From positions 27,954-91,953 of the forward strand of contig JAAFIY010000001.1 of NCBI GenBank assembly GCA_013297985.1: a DNA stretch of 64,000 nucleotides, written 5' to 3'. Shown one piece after another: positions 8,818 to 18,116 of the stretch. The translations under genes were made by a program, and so were the position numbers. Under the pieces are notes generated by a model. That model saw nothing but the letters and a program-made list of their open reading frames with translations, ran no database searches and was not told the origin of the DNA. How positions within the stretch are numbered: position 1 is the stretch's first letter; each line of letters begins with the position of its first letter. Origin of the DNA: Comamonadaceae bacterium (lineage in GTDB: Bacteria; Pseudomonadota; Gammaproteobacteria; Burkholderiales; Burkholderiaceae_C).

Positions 8818-9810
8818 ATGCTTGAAATGCTCAGCCCCTCTGGTGCCGACGTGCTGCGTTTTGCCACCACCGTCATCAAGGTGCGCCAGACCGTTCACCG
8901 CGCCGCCAAACAAAGCCCCCAGGCCATGCAGGCAGCGGCGGTGCAGGCGTTTTGTTCGCCCCCGGTGTCGGCGCGGCGCACGCCCGATCTGGCCCGGCTG
9001 CGCGACGATACCCGGCGCTACTTTGGCTGGTCCAGCGCGCAATGGCGCGCGCACGAAGCACCGCTGCGCCAGCTGCTCGATAGCGCCCACAGGTCTCGCT
9101 TGGCCCATGATGGCTTGCAGGTGCAGTGCTACAGCTGGCAGCCCACCCACGCAGGCGTGGCCACGCGCGGCCGCCTGCTGCTGTGCCACGGCTGGGAAGG
9201 CTACGCGCTGAACTTTGCCCTGCTGATCGAGCAAGCCTTGCAAGCGGGTTACGAGGTGCACGCGTTTGACCACCTGGCCCATGGCGCAAGCCAGGGCACG
9301 CTCAGCGGCCTGCCCATTGCGCTAGACACCTTGTTGGCTGTGGCCCGGCATGTGCAAGCCACGGCGGGCCCCATCCATGCGCTGGTGGGCCATTCGCTGG
9401 GGGGCGCTGCGGCCAGTTGGGCGGTGGCCCATCGGCGCATTGCCGTGCAGCGGCTGGTGTTGCTGGCCCCGTTTTATGACACCCGCAAACTCTCGGGTCT
9501 GTGGGCCAAGGCGCACTTGCTATCTGACGAGGTGCGCGCAGCCTTGCAGGCCGGGCTGGAAGACGCATCGGGCAAGCGCTTCAGCGACTTTTTGCCCGAC
9601 GCGCTGGTGGCTCAATTCAACCAAGCCCCGCACACACCGGTGCTGATCGTGCATGACCCTGACGACAAAATCACCGCGTTTAAGCACAGCGCTGAAATGG
9701 CGGCCAAGGGCACCCACATCAAGCTGCACCCAGCCCACCAGCTGGGCCATTTGGGCATCTTGGCCGACGGCGCCTGCACGGGCCACGCGCTGCAGTTCAT
9801 TCAACACTGA
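8818..9810 (+). CDS. alpha/beta hydrolase
   Basis: GHSLGG nucleophile elbow and HGWEG motif. ATG 8818 was chosen because the upstream extension covers the operator region. Confidence 0.75.
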   Translation: MLEMLSPSGADVLRFATTVIKVRQTVHRAAKQSPQAMQAAAVQAFCSPPVSARRTPDLARLRDDTRRYFGWSSAQWRAHEAPLRQLLDSAHRSRLAHDGLQVQCYSWQPTHAGVATRGRLLLCHGWEGYALNFALLIEQALQAGYEVHAFDHLAHGASQGTLSGLPIALDTLLAVARHVQATAGPIHALVGHSLGGAAASWAVAHRRIAVQRLVLLAPFYDTRKLSGLWAKAHLLSDEVRAALQAGLEDASGKRFSDFLPDALVAQFNQAPHTPVLIVHDPDDKITAFKHSAEMAAKGTHIKLHPAHQLGHLGILADGACTGHALQFIQH

Positions 9811-9888
9811 GGCGGGCGCGCAGAAGGCAAAGGGCTAGCGGGAGCGACGGGCCCAAAATGGGGCCAGTGTTAACCCACCCCGTCAGCC

Positions 9889-11262
9889 ATGTCCGCCACG
9901 CCATCCATCGAGCCCACGCCGCCAATCGGCCAGCCCCGCCCGGGTGCGGCGGCTGGGAGCGCGGTTGATCGGGGCGCTCTTGATTGCGGTGCCCTTGATG
10001 GAGCCGCTGTTGAGGGCCGCGCCCTAGATCTGCACACCCTAGATCTGCGCGCCCTGCCCGATTCGTTCTACGCCAACCCATACCCCACCTACGCGGCGCT
10101 GCGCCAGCACGATCCGGTGCATCGCATGCCGGACGGCAGCTGGCTGCTCACCCGGCATGCCGACTTGGTGGCCGTGTACCGCGACGCGACCACTTTCAGC
10201 AGCGACAAGCGGGCTGAATTTGCGCCCAAGTACGGCACCGATTCGCCGCTGTACCAGCACCACACCACCAGCTTGGTGTTCAACGACCCGCCTTTGCACA
10301 CGCGGGTGCGCAAGCTGATCATGGGCGCCCTTACCCGCCGCGCCATTGACGATTTGCGCCCGGGTCTTGAAGCCCTGGTGGGCCGCCTGCTAGACCGCAT
10401 AGAAGCCCACGGCGGTGGCTGCCTGGTCGAAGACTTTGCCAGCGCCATCCCGGTGGAAATCATTGGCAACCTGCTGGGCGTGCCGCACCCTGAGCGCGGG
10501 CCGCTGCGCCAGTGGTCACTGGACATCTTGGGCGCGCTAGAACCCGCCCTGACGCCCGCACAACAGGCCCGCTTTGAGACCAGCGTGCGCGATTTTTCGG
10601 CCTATCTGCAGCAGTTGATTGCCCAGCGTCGCCAACATCCGGGCGACCCGGCGCACGATGTGCTTACGCGGCTGATTCAAGGCGACAGCCAAGCCCAACC
10701 CTTGAGCGCCGACGAGTTGCTGCACAACTGCATCTTTATCTTGAACGCCGGGCACGAGACCACCACCAACCTGATTGGCAACGCCTTGGTGTGCCTGACC
10801 GAATGGCCCGAGCCGCAGGCGTGGCTGCGCACCCAAATGGCTGCCCAAGCCCATGACAGCGCGGCGGCTGACGCGCTGCTTGCCACCGCTGTCGACGAAT
10901 TCCTGCGCTTTGAATCCAGCAACCAACTGGGCAACCGCCGCGCGCTACGCGATGCGGTGGTGGGCGGCGTGGACTTGCCTGCAGGCAGTTTGGTCACCCT
11001 GTGCATTGGCGCGGCCAACCGCGATCCCGCGGTTTTTGAGGCTCCTGACGAGCTGCGGCTAGACCGCAACCCCAATCCACACCTGGCTTTTGGCCTGGGC
11101 ATTCACCAGTGCGCGGGCTTAAGCCTGGCGCGCCTGGAGGGCCGCGTGGCCGTGGGCGCCTTTTTGCAGCGTTTTGCACGCTATCGGCTGACCGTGCCGC
11201 CCACCCGTGGTCGCAGGGCGCGTTTTCGCGGTTTTCTGTCGGCGCCTTTTGCGCTTGAATAG
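9889..11262 (+). CDS. cytochrome P450
   Basis: Heme-binding loop FGLGIHQCAGLSLAR, AGHETT I-helix and ExxR (EFLRFE). The N-terminal ~45 aa are repeat-rich, so the start is uncertain. Confidence 0.85.
   Translation: MSATPSIEPTPPIGQPRPGAAAGSAVDRGALDCGALDGAAVEGRALDLHTLDLRALPDSFYANPYPTYAALRQHDPVHRMPDGSWLLTRHADLVAVYRDATTFSSDKRAEFAPKYGTDSPLYQHHTTSLVFNDPPLHTRVRKLIMGALTRRAIDDLRPGLEALVGRLLDRIEAHGGGCLVEDFASAIPVEIIGNLLGVPHPERGPLRQWSLDILGALEPALTPAQQARFETSVRDFSAYLQQLIAQRRQHPGDPAHDVLTRLIQGDSQAQPLSADELLHNCIFILNAGHETTTNLIGNALVCLTEWPEPQAWLRTQMAAQAHDSAAADALLATAVDEFLRFESSNQLGNRRALRDAVVGGVDLPAGSLVTLCIGAANRDPAVFEAPDELRLDRNPNPHLAFGLGIHQCAGLSLARLEGRVAVGAFLQRFARYRLTVPPTRGRRARFRGFLSAPFALE
10022..10051. repeat. 15-bp tandem duplication CCCTAGATCTGC(ACA/GCG) in the P450 5' region
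   Basis: Two adjacent units with 12 of 15 positions identical, read directly from the sequence. Confidence 0.8.
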
Positions 11263-11282
11263 ACACCCAGGAGATCACTTGC

Positions 11283-11618
11283 ATGAACACTGCCACCGCC
11301 GCCGCGCCAGTTGACCCGCGCCAGTTCAAGACCTTTGCCGAGTTCTACCCGTTTTACTTGGGCGAACACGCCAACCTCACTTGCCGACGCTTGCATTTCG
11401 TGGGTTCCAGCTTGGGGCTGGTGTGTCTGGCCCTGGCGGTGTGGTTTGCGCAACCGGGCTTTGTGTTGCTGGGCCTGCTGTGCGGCTACGCTTTTGCGTG
11501 GGTGGGCCACTTTGGTTTTGAAAAGAACAAGCCCGCCAGCTTCAAGCGCCCGCTGTACAGCTTCATGGGCGACTGGGTGATGTACGCCGACATCTGGCGT
11601 GGCCGCATTCCGTTTTGA
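11283..11618 (+). CDS. DUF962 / Mpo1-like membrane protein
   Basis: 111 aa. FYPFYLGEHANLTCRRLHFVG and WVGHFGFEKNKPASF match the DUF962 pattern as I recall it. Confidence 0.72.
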   Translation: MNTATAAAPVDPRQFKTFAEFYPFYLGEHANLTCRRLHFVGSSLGLVCLALAVWFAQPGFVLLGLLCGYAFAWVGHFGFEKNKPASFKRPLYSFMGDWVMYADIWRGRIPF

Positions 11619-11624
11619 TGCCTT

Positions 11625-11691
11625 TCAGCATTAAGAAAAAAGAGCCTGCTCCGCCCTATTTAACTGCCTAAGCAGCTATCTTTTAAGTAGC
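11625..11691 (-). repeat. REP-like element copy
   Basis: The reverse complement reads GCTAC-TTAAAAG-ATAGCTGCTTAGGCAGTTAAATAGGGCGGAGCAGGCTCTTTTTT. It overlaps the last 5 codons and the stop of the YihY gene. Confidence 0.75.
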
Positions 11692-12959
11692 AAATCGGCA
11701 ATGCACAGATCGTTCCAGCCGCTGCGCTGCACCAGCGCCTGCAGGTTGCCGTGCTGCGTGTCGTCGGCCAACAGGCCCAGCAGCATGGGCGCCGCGCTGG
11801 TGTTTTGCACGTCGACCAGCAGCACGCACCGGGCGTCATAGGCGCCATGGGGCTTGGGCTCATCGAGCAGGCCCACCCAGCCCAGGCGCTCCAGCACGCG
11901 CAGCGGGCCCAGCACCGCTGCCTGAGGTGCGCCCGCCTGCTGCGCCAAAGCCGCCAGCGGCAAACCGCCCACGCCCGCTCGCCGGGCTTCGTCCAAGGCC
12001 CTGAGCGCCGCCAAGGCCAGCGCCAAGGGGCCGCCGGGCGCTGCGGGTGGCGGTGGGTGGGTTTCGGTCCAACCGGGGGCGCTGGCCACCACCACCGCAC
12101 CCAACAGCACCCACAACCACACGCTGTAGATCCACACCAACAAAATCGGCAGCACCGCCAGCGCGCCATACACCGTGGTGTAGGTGGGCACCCAGCGCAA
12201 ATACACGCCCAAGCCCACCTTGGCCGCTTCAATGGCCAAGGCGGCCAGCACGCCGCCCAGCCAAGCGTGGGGCCAGCTCACCCGGGCGTTGGGCACCCAG
12301 CGGTACAGGGCGGCCAAGCCGCCAGATAGCAGCAGCAGTTCCACCGCGTCGATCACCGTGGGAATCACCAGCCCCAAGCCGCTGGGTACGCCCTTGGCCG
12401 CGGCCCAGCGCGAGAGCCACGACAACACCCCCACCGCAGCGGCCAGCAGCAAGGGGCCCGCTGTCAGCACCGCCCACACCATCAACAAGCGCTGGCTGAA
12501 CGACTTGGGCCGGGGGCTGCGCCACAGGGCGTTCAAGGTTCGCTCAATGGTGAACAACAAGGCCACAGCCGTCAGCGCCAACACCGCCAAACCCGCAAAG
12601 CCCAGCCGGTTAGCACGGCCCGCAAACTGGGTGACGTAGGTCTGCACTTGGCGCGAAATGACTTCGGGCACAAAGCTTTCGGCCAGCCACGATTCCAAAT
12701 TGGTCTGAATCGCCTCAAACGCCGGGAACAAGGTGAACACCGCCAGCATCACCGTCACCAAAGGCACCAGGCTGAGCACGGTGGTGAATGTGAGGCTGCC
12801 AGCCGTCACCAGCACCCGATCGGCGCCAAAGCGGCTGATCACCTCTTGCCCCGCACGGCGCCATTGCACCGCCCGCGCCCAAGCCAGCAACTGCTGGGTG
12901 GCTGTGCGCAAGCGGGTGCGAATGCGGGTGTCCGCATCAGGGCTGGGGGCGTGGGGCAT
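11676..12959 (-). CDS. YihY/BrkB-family membrane protein with C-terminal extension
   Basis: LTFTTVLSLVPLVTVMLAVF and a multi-TM core typical of YihY/virulence factor BrkB. There is an extra soluble tail of about 130 aa. Confidence 0.85.
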   Translation of the reverse strand: MPHAPSPDADTRIRTRLRTATQQLLAWARAVQWRRAGQEVISRFGADRVLVTAGSLTFTTVLSLVPLVTVMLAVFTLFPAFEAIQTNLESWLAESFVPEVISRQVQTYVTQFAGRANRLGFAGLAVLALTAVALLFTIERTLNALWRSPRPKSFSQRLLMVWAVLTAGPLLLAAAVGVLSWLSRWAAAKGVPSGLGLVIPTVIDAVELLLLSGGLAALYRWVPNARVSWPHAWLGGVLAALAIEAAKVGLGVYLRWVPTYTTVYGALAVLPILLVWIYSVWLWVLLGAVVVASAPGWTETHPPPPAAPGGPLALALAALRALDEARRAGVGGLPLAALAQQAGAPQAAVLGPLRVLERLGWVGLLDEPKPHGAYDARCVLLVDVQNTSAAPMLLGLLADDTQHGNLQALVQRSGWNDLCIADLLLKR

Positions 12960-13009
12960 GCGGTGGCGGTGGGAGCTGGCGGCTTGCCTATGATCGCAAA
13001 TCGCTTCAG

Positions 13010-13495
13010 TTGCAGCCGCGTGGCTGCTGTGTTTGTTGGTTTAACCGGCCATTTGCCTTGACTTCGTTCCCCACGCCCGACACTGTGCCCCTGGACAAAT
13101 CTCGTTTTACCCAGCGCTTGGCCATTGGCAGCCTGCTTGGCCTGATCGTGCTGGGACTAGCCTGGGAGCTGTTTTTGGCTCCCTTGCGCCCAGGCGGCTC
13201 CTGGTGGGCCATCAAGGTGCTGCCCTTGTGTATCCCGCTCACGGGGCTGCTTAAGAACAAGCTCTATACGTTTCGCTGGATGAGCCTGTTGGTGTGGCTG
13301 TACTTTTGTGAAGGCGTGGTGCGCGCTTGGTCAGACCGCTGGCCCAGCAGCGGCTATGCGTTTTTGCAAGTGCTGTTGTGCTTGGTGTTGTTCGCTGCTT
13401 GTGCCCTGCATGTGCGCCTGCGGCTGGCCGAAGCTCGCGCGCGCGCAGAGCAAGCCTCCGCCGCCGACCAACCTGCGCCAAGCACCGCTGCATGA
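13010..13495 (+). CDS. DUF2069-like small membrane protein
   Basis: Four hydrophobic segments, WWAIKVLPLCIPL...FRWMSLLVWLYFCEG. The start is uncertain (TTG 13010 or GTG 13085). The stop overlaps the next gene (ATGA). Confidence 0.6.
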   Translation: MQPRGCCVCWFNRPFALTSFPTPDTVPLDKSRFTQRLAIGSLLGLIVLGLAWELFLAPLRPGGSWWAIKVLPLCIPLTGLLKNKLYTFRWMSLLVWLYFCEGVVRAWSDRWPSSGYAFLQVLLCLVLFAACALHVRLRLAEARARAEQASAADQPAPSTAA

Positions 13496-14931
13496 GCGCC
13501 GCACTGCTTGAGGCCCTGCGCGCCGCGGTCGGCCCCGCACAGGTGCTGACCCCCGACGCACAAGACCTGAGCGCCTACGAAGAAGACTGGCGCAAACGCG
13601 AACGCGGCCATGCGCTGGCGGTGGTGCGCCCCGCCAATACCGATGAAGTCGCCGCTGTGGTGCGGGCCTGCGCCCAAGCGGGCGCCAGCCTGGTGCCGCA
13701 AGGTGGCAACACCGGGCTGGTGGTGGGCAGCACGCCCGATGCATCCGGCACCCAAGTGGTGTTGAGCCTGCAGCGCATGAACCGTGTGCTGGCCCTCGAT
13801 GCGGCCAACCTCAGCGTCGCCGTGCAGGCAGGCTGTGTGCTGCAGCAGGTGCAGGCGGCTGCACGCGAGGCGGGCTTTTTGTTCCCCTTAAGTCTGGCGG
13901 CCGAAGGCAGTTGCACCATCGGCGGCAATCTGGCCACCAACGCGGGCGGCACGCAGGTGCTGCGTTATGGCAATGCGCGCGATTTGTGCTTGGGGCTTGA
14001 AGTGGTCACCGCGCAGGGCGAGGTGTGGCAAGCCTTGAGCGGTCTGCGCAAGGACAACACCGGCTATGACCTGCGTGATTTGTTCATTGGCAGCGAAGGC
14101 ACCTTGGGCGTGATTACCGCCGCCACGCTGAAGCTGTATCCGCAGCCCAAGAGCCAGGTCACCGCTTGGGCCAGCGTGGCCGATGTGCATGCCGCCATTG
14201 GCCTGTTGGGCCTGGCTCAGCGGCAGTTGGGCGCGGGGCTCACCGGCTTTGAGCTAATGAACCGCTTTGCCCTGCAACTGGTGGCTAAGCACTACCCGCA
14301 GTTGCGCATACCGCTCATCGACGCTTTGGCACCGTACTTCGTACTGATGGAGTTGTCGTCGTCGCAAGACAGTGCCGCCGCCCAAGCGCAGCTAGAAGAC
14401 GTGCTGGGCGAGGCCATGGAAGCCGACACCGTGGCCGACTGTGTGGTGGCCCAATCGGTCAGCCAAAGCCGCGAAATGTGGCATGTGCGCGAAAGCATTC
14501 CACTGGCGCAGGCCGACGAGGGCCTGAACATCAAGCACGACATCAGCGTGGCCACCTCGCGCATCGCCGAGTTTTGCGCCCGCACCGATGCACTGCTGGC
14601 GCAGCGGATTCCCGGCGTGCGGCTGGTGAACTTTGGCCACCTGGGCGACGGCAACCTGCACTACAACGTGCAGGTGCCCGAAGGGGGTGACGGCGCAGCG
14701 TTCTTGCGCGAGCACGAAAAAACGGTCAACACCCTGGTGTATGACTCGGTGGCCGAGCACGGCGGCTCGATTTCAGCCGAACACGGCATTGGCAGCCTGA
14801 AAGCAATGAGCCTGCCCCAATACAAAAGCCCGGTGGCATTGCAGTTGATGCGGGCCATCAAACTGGCGCTAGACCCAGCAGGCACGCTGAATCCGGGGCG
14901 GGTGTTGGGCCCGGCCACGCCCGGCCACTGA
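13492..14931 (+). CDS. FAD-binding oxidoreductase (GlcD / D-2-hydroxyacid dehydrogenase family)
   Basis: FAD_binding_4-like N-terminal domain (VVRPANTDEVAAVVRAC...LVPQGGNTGLVVGS) and C-terminal GGSISAEHGIG. ATG 13492. Confidence 0.88.
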   Translation: MSAALLEALRAAVGPAQVLTPDAQDLSAYEEDWRKRERGHALAVVRPANTDEVAAVVRACAQAGASLVPQGGNTGLVVGSTPDASGTQVVLSLQRMNRVLALDAANLSVAVQAGCVLQQVQAAAREAGFLFPLSLAAEGSCTIGGNLATNAGGTQVLRYGNARDLCLGLEVVTAQGEVWQALSGLRKDNTGYDLRDLFIGSEGTLGVITAATLKLYPQPKSQVTAWASVADVHAAIGLLGLAQRQLGAGLTGFELMNRFALQLVAKHYPQLRIPLIDALAPYFVLMELSSSQDSAAAQAQLEDVLGEAMEADTVADCVVAQSVSQSREMWHVRESIPLAQADEGLNIKHDISVATSRIAEFCARTDALLAQRIPGVRLVNFGHLGDGNLHYNVQVPEGGDGAAFLREHEKTVNTLVYDSVAEHGGSISAEHGIGSLKAMSLPQYKSPVALQLMRAIKLALDPAGTLNPGRVLGPATPGH

Positions 14932-14951
14932 TGCGCATAAACTATGCGCAT
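14931..14951. promoter_or_regulatory. twin 8-bp palindromes ATGCGCAT-N5-ATGCGCAT, candidate ccd operator
   Basis: 14931-14938 and 14944-14951. The second copy contains the ccdA ATG. Confidence 0.4.
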
Positions 14952-15189
14952 GCACGTCGCAGAACCCGCCCCCAAACGCGCCACCAATCTGAGTCTGAGC
15001 GGCCATGTGCTGGACGCTGCGCGAGAGCTGGGCCTGAACCTGTCTCAAACAGTCGACGCCCTGCTGGCAGCCGAGGTGCGACGCCTGCGCTGGCAGCGCT
15101 GGGCCGAAGACAACCGCGAAGCCATTGCCGCCTACAACCAACGCATTGAGCGCGAAGGCCTGCCGCTGGCTGATCAGCGCTCGTTCTGA
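14944..15189 (+). CDS. ccdA: type II antitoxin, CcdA family
   Basis: 81 aa. NLSLSGHVLDAARELGLNLSQTV...EVRRLRWQRWAEDNREAI parallels F-plasmid CcdA (EARRLRAERWQAENQEGM). Confidence 0.8.
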   Translation: MRMHVAEPAPKRATNLSLSGHVLDAARELGLNLSQTVDALLAAEVRRLRWQRWAEDNREAIAAYNQRIEREGLPLADQRSF

Positions 15190-15215
15190 AGCCACCGGCC
15201 CCGCAGTTCGCCGCC

Positions 15216-15530
15216 ATGGCTCGGTTTGATGTGTATCGGCACCCCGATGCCGCCCAGCGCGAACGCACGCCTTTCTTGTTGGACGTGCAAAACCCTTTTT
15301 TATCGATGCTGGGCAGCCGAATCGTGGTGCCGCTTCGAGCGCTGGACCAGACCCCGCAACCCTTACGCGACCTGAACCCAATCATCACGGTGCTGGGTCA
15401 AGCCGTGGTGCTGGACTGTGCCGCCTTGGCCGCTGTGCCTTCACAATGGTTGCGTCAGCCGGTAGGCAGCGCTGCAGACTCTGCCAGCCTGGTCACCCAC
15501 GCACTCGACACCCTGTTGGGTGGGTACTGA
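15216..15530 (+). CDS. ccdB: type II toxin, CcdB family (gyrase poison)
   Basis: 104 aa. MARFDVYRHP...PFLLDVQ...RIVVPL...ALDTLLGGY parallels CcdB (FKVYTY...LFVDVQ...RMVIPL...AINLMFWGI). Confidence 0.8.
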   Translation: MARFDVYRHPDAAQRERTPFLLDVQNPFLSMLGSRIVVPLRALDQTPQPLRDLNPIITVLGQAVVLDCAALAAVPSQWLRQPVGSAADSASLVTHALDTLLGGY

Positions 15531-15532
15531 AG

Positions 15533-15540
15533 CCCCCCCC
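15533..15540. repeat. C8 homopolymer between the ccdB stop and thyA
   Basis: Read directly from the sequence. Confidence 0.9.
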
Positions 15541-15587
15541 AACACCCCACGTACTCACCACCTAATTGACCGCAGGCCCGTTTGCCT

Positions 15588-16427
15588 ATGTCTGACCTGA
15601 CCGCTGCCGCGCCCAGCCCCTACGACGACTTCATGCGCCACGTCTTCACCCACGGCGTGGCCAAATCCGACCGCACTGGCACAGGCACCAAGAGTGTGTT
15701 TGGCTACCAGATGCGGTTTGATTTGCAGCAAGGTTTCCCGTTGGTCACCACCAAAAAGGTGCACCTCAAAAGCATCATTTACGAGCTGCTGTGGTTTTTG
15801 CGTGGCGAGCGCAATGCACGCTGGCTGCAAGAGCGCGGCGTGACGATTTGGGACGAATGGGCCCAGCCTGATGGTGACTTAGGGCCCGTGTATGGCGTTC
15901 AGTGGCGCAGCTGGCCCACGCCTGACGGCCGCCATGTGGACCAAATCGCCCAGGTGCTGCAGCAGTTGCGCAGCAACCCCGATTCGCGCCGCCTCATCGT
16001 GAGCGCATGGAACGTGGCCGATTTGCCTGACATGGCGCTCATGCCGTGTCACGCCTTCTTTCAGTTCTATGTGGCCCCGGCCCCGCAAGCGGGCCAGCGT
16101 GCCCGGCTGAGCTGCCAGCTCTACCAGCGCAGCGCCGATATCTTTCTTGGCGTGCCCTTCAATATCGCCAGCTACGCGCTGCTCACCCACATGGTGGCGC
16201 AGCAGTGTGATTTGGATGTGGGTGACTTCATCTGGACGGGTGGCGACTGCCACATCTACGACAACCATGTCGAGCAGGTGCAACTGCAACTCAGCCGCAC
16301 GCCCTACCCCCTGCCCACCCTGCACATCGATCGCAAGCCGGCCAGCATTGACGACTATGTGTTTGAAGACTTTGAAGTGCGCGGCTATCAGCACCACCCG
16401 GCCATCAAGGCCCCGGTGGCGGTGTGA
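15588..16427 (+). CDS. thyA: thymidylate synthase
   Basis: [22 protein letters not shown] (catalytic Cys) and [18 protein letters not shown]. Confidence 0.96.
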   Translation: MSDLTAAAPSPYDDFMRHVFTHGVAKSDRTGTGTKSVFGYQMRFDLQQGFPLVTTKKVHLKSIIYELLWFLRGERNARWLQERGVTIWDEWAQPDGDLGPVYGVQWRSWPTPDGRHVDQIAQVLQQLRSNPDSRRLIVSAWNVADLPDMALMPCHAFFQFYVAPAPQAGQRARLSCQLYQRSADIFLGVPFNIASYALLTHMVAQQCDLDVGDFIWTGGDCHIYDNHVEQVQLQLSRTPYPLPTLHIDRKPASIDDYVFEDFEVRGYQHHPAIKAPVAV

Positions 16428-17011
16428 TGGCCAGCCCGTCGGCCACAGCGGCGCAGCACCAGTGGCCCGGCTTGTCGCTGATTTGGGCGCAAGCGCGCGG
16501 CGGCGTGATTGGCTACCAAGGCGGCATGCCCTGGCAGCTGCCCGAAGACCTGGCCCACCTCAAGCGCACCACGATGGGCGCGCCGGTCATCATGGGCCGT
16601 GCCACCTGGCTCAGCTTGCCGCCTTCCGTGCGGCCTCTGCCCGGGCGCTTCAACATCGTCTTAAGCCGTGACCCCGCCGCCCACTTTGAAGGCGCCCCCT
16701 GCGCCCACAGCCTAGCCGACGCGCGTGCCCTGTGCGAAGCCGCAGGCTTTGACAGCACCGCACCGGCTTGGGTGATCGGTGGTGCACAGCCGTTTGCCCT
16801 GGCCACCGCCTTTGCACACCGGGCGGTGATCACCCACATCGATGCCGATCCGCCGGGCGACACCTTCGCGCCCGCCTTGGGCCCCGGTTGGGTCGAGCGT
16901 GATTCGACAGCCGCCATCAGCCGCACCGGCTTGAGCTATCGCATCGTGCGCATGGTCAACACTGCGCCGCTGGGTTTGCCCGCCCCTCCGTCGCCCGAGA
17001 TTTACAAGTAG
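16427..17011 (+). CDS. folA: dihydrofolate reductase
   Basis: LIWAQARGGVIGYQGGMPWQLPEDLAHLKRTTMG..VIMGRATW. The ATG overlaps the thyA stop (TGATG). Confidence 0.9.
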   Translation: MASPSATAAQHQWPGLSLIWAQARGGVIGYQGGMPWQLPEDLAHLKRTTMGAPVIMGRATWLSLPPSVRPLPGRFNIVLSRDPAAHFEGAPCAHSLADARALCEAAGFDSTAPAWVIGGAQPFALATAFAHRAVITHIDADPPGDTFAPALGPGWVERDSTAAISRTGLSYRIVRMVNTAPLGLPAPPSPEIYK

Positions 17012-17045
17012 TCAGGCTGTACCGCCCATCAATACAGCGGATATA

Positions 17046-17076
17046 GCTATCAAAAGCATAGCGTTTAGTTTGCCGC
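17046..17076 (+). repeat. REP-like element, truncated copy (GCTAT-CAAAAGC-ATAGC + GTTTAGTTTGCCGC)
   Basis: Perfect 5-bp hairpin at 17046-17062, directly upstream of the SD and ATG of the next gene. Confidence 0.4.
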
Positions 17077-17086
17077 AAGGAGCCCC

Positions 17087-18088
17087 ATGCCCATCGAGCC
17101 CAGCACCCAATGGCGCGAAGTTGTCGCCGCTGATGAAGACCAGCGTTACGCCGAATACGCCCGCATCTTTGCCGACATCCAAGCCCGTAAAAACAAGCGC
17201 TATGGCGCCGGGCGCGCGCTACACCGCAAGGGCCAAGGCGTGGCGCGGGCTGAACTGACAGTGCTGCCCCATCTACCCGCCTTTGCCCAACAGGGCCTGT
17301 TTGCCCAGGCGGGCCGCTACCACTCTGTGCTGCGCTTGTCCAACGGGGGCATGGACCGGGCCTCTGACAAGACGCCCGATATCCGCGGCCTGGCCATCAG
17401 CGTGCGCGGCGTGCAGGCCCTCAGCGCCCAAAGCGCGCTGGGCAATGGCCCACCCAAGCAGCAAGACTTTTTGCTCATCAACCAAGAGCAATTTGCCTTT
17501 CAGACCAGCGATGAGTTTGTGCACTTTGTGGCCGCTGCGGCAGTCAGCCCCGGTCGCATGCTGGGCCACTTCTTCAAGCGCTATGGCCCCGTGGGCGGCG
17601 CCAAGCAGCTGGCCAAACTCATCAAAACCATGGGCAAGCCGTTCACCGGCTTTGCCAATGCCAGCTTGTTCAGCGCCGTACCCATGGCCTGCGGCCCCTA
17701 CGCAGTGCGGGTACGCCTGGTGCCCGATGCCGCCAACGGCGAGCCCAAGCCCGATGCGCGTGCGGATTGGGCGGGCGACTTTGCCAATCGCCTGCGCCAA
17801 CAGCCCCTGAGCTGGCAATTGCAACTGCAGCCCTTTGTGGATGAAGCCACCACCCCGATTGAAGACGCCAGCGTGAACTGGCCCACGCCCTACACCACGG
17901 TGGCCACCCTCAAATGCCCCCAGCAAGACATGGCCGACGCCGCTGGCAAGGCTCTGGCCGAAGGAGTAGAAAACGGTGTGATTGACCCTTGGCAAGCCTT
18001 GGCCGAGCACCGCCCCCTGGGCGACGTGCAGCGCGCCCGCAAGGTGGTGTACTTTGGCAGCCAGCAAGGGCGCGGGGCCGTCGGTTAG
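17087..18088 (+). CDS. catalase-related (catalase-core-like) heme protein
   Basis: 333 aa. RALHRKGQG...LRLSNGG...DKTPDIRGLAISV resembles the small catalase-family proteins. Assignment is from memory of the family. Confidence 0.62.
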   Translation: MPIEPSTQWREVVAADEDQRYAEYARIFADIQARKNKRYGAGRALHRKGQGVARAELTVLPHLPAFAQQGLFAQAGRYHSVLRLSNGGMDRASDKTPDIRGLAISVRGVQALSAQSALGNGPPKQQDFLLINQEQFAFQTSDEFVHFVAAAAVSPGRMLGHFFKRYGPVGGAKQLAKLIKTMGKPFTGFANASLFSAVPMACGPYAVRVRLVPDAANGEPKPDARADWAGDFANRLRQQPLSWQLQLQPFVDEATTPIEDASVNWPTPYTTVATLKCPQQDMADAAGKALAEGVENGVIDPWQALAEHRPLGDVQRARKVVYFGSQQGRGAVG

Positions 18089-18116
18089 GGCCTGGGGCTA
18101 ACTGGACACAGCCCGC

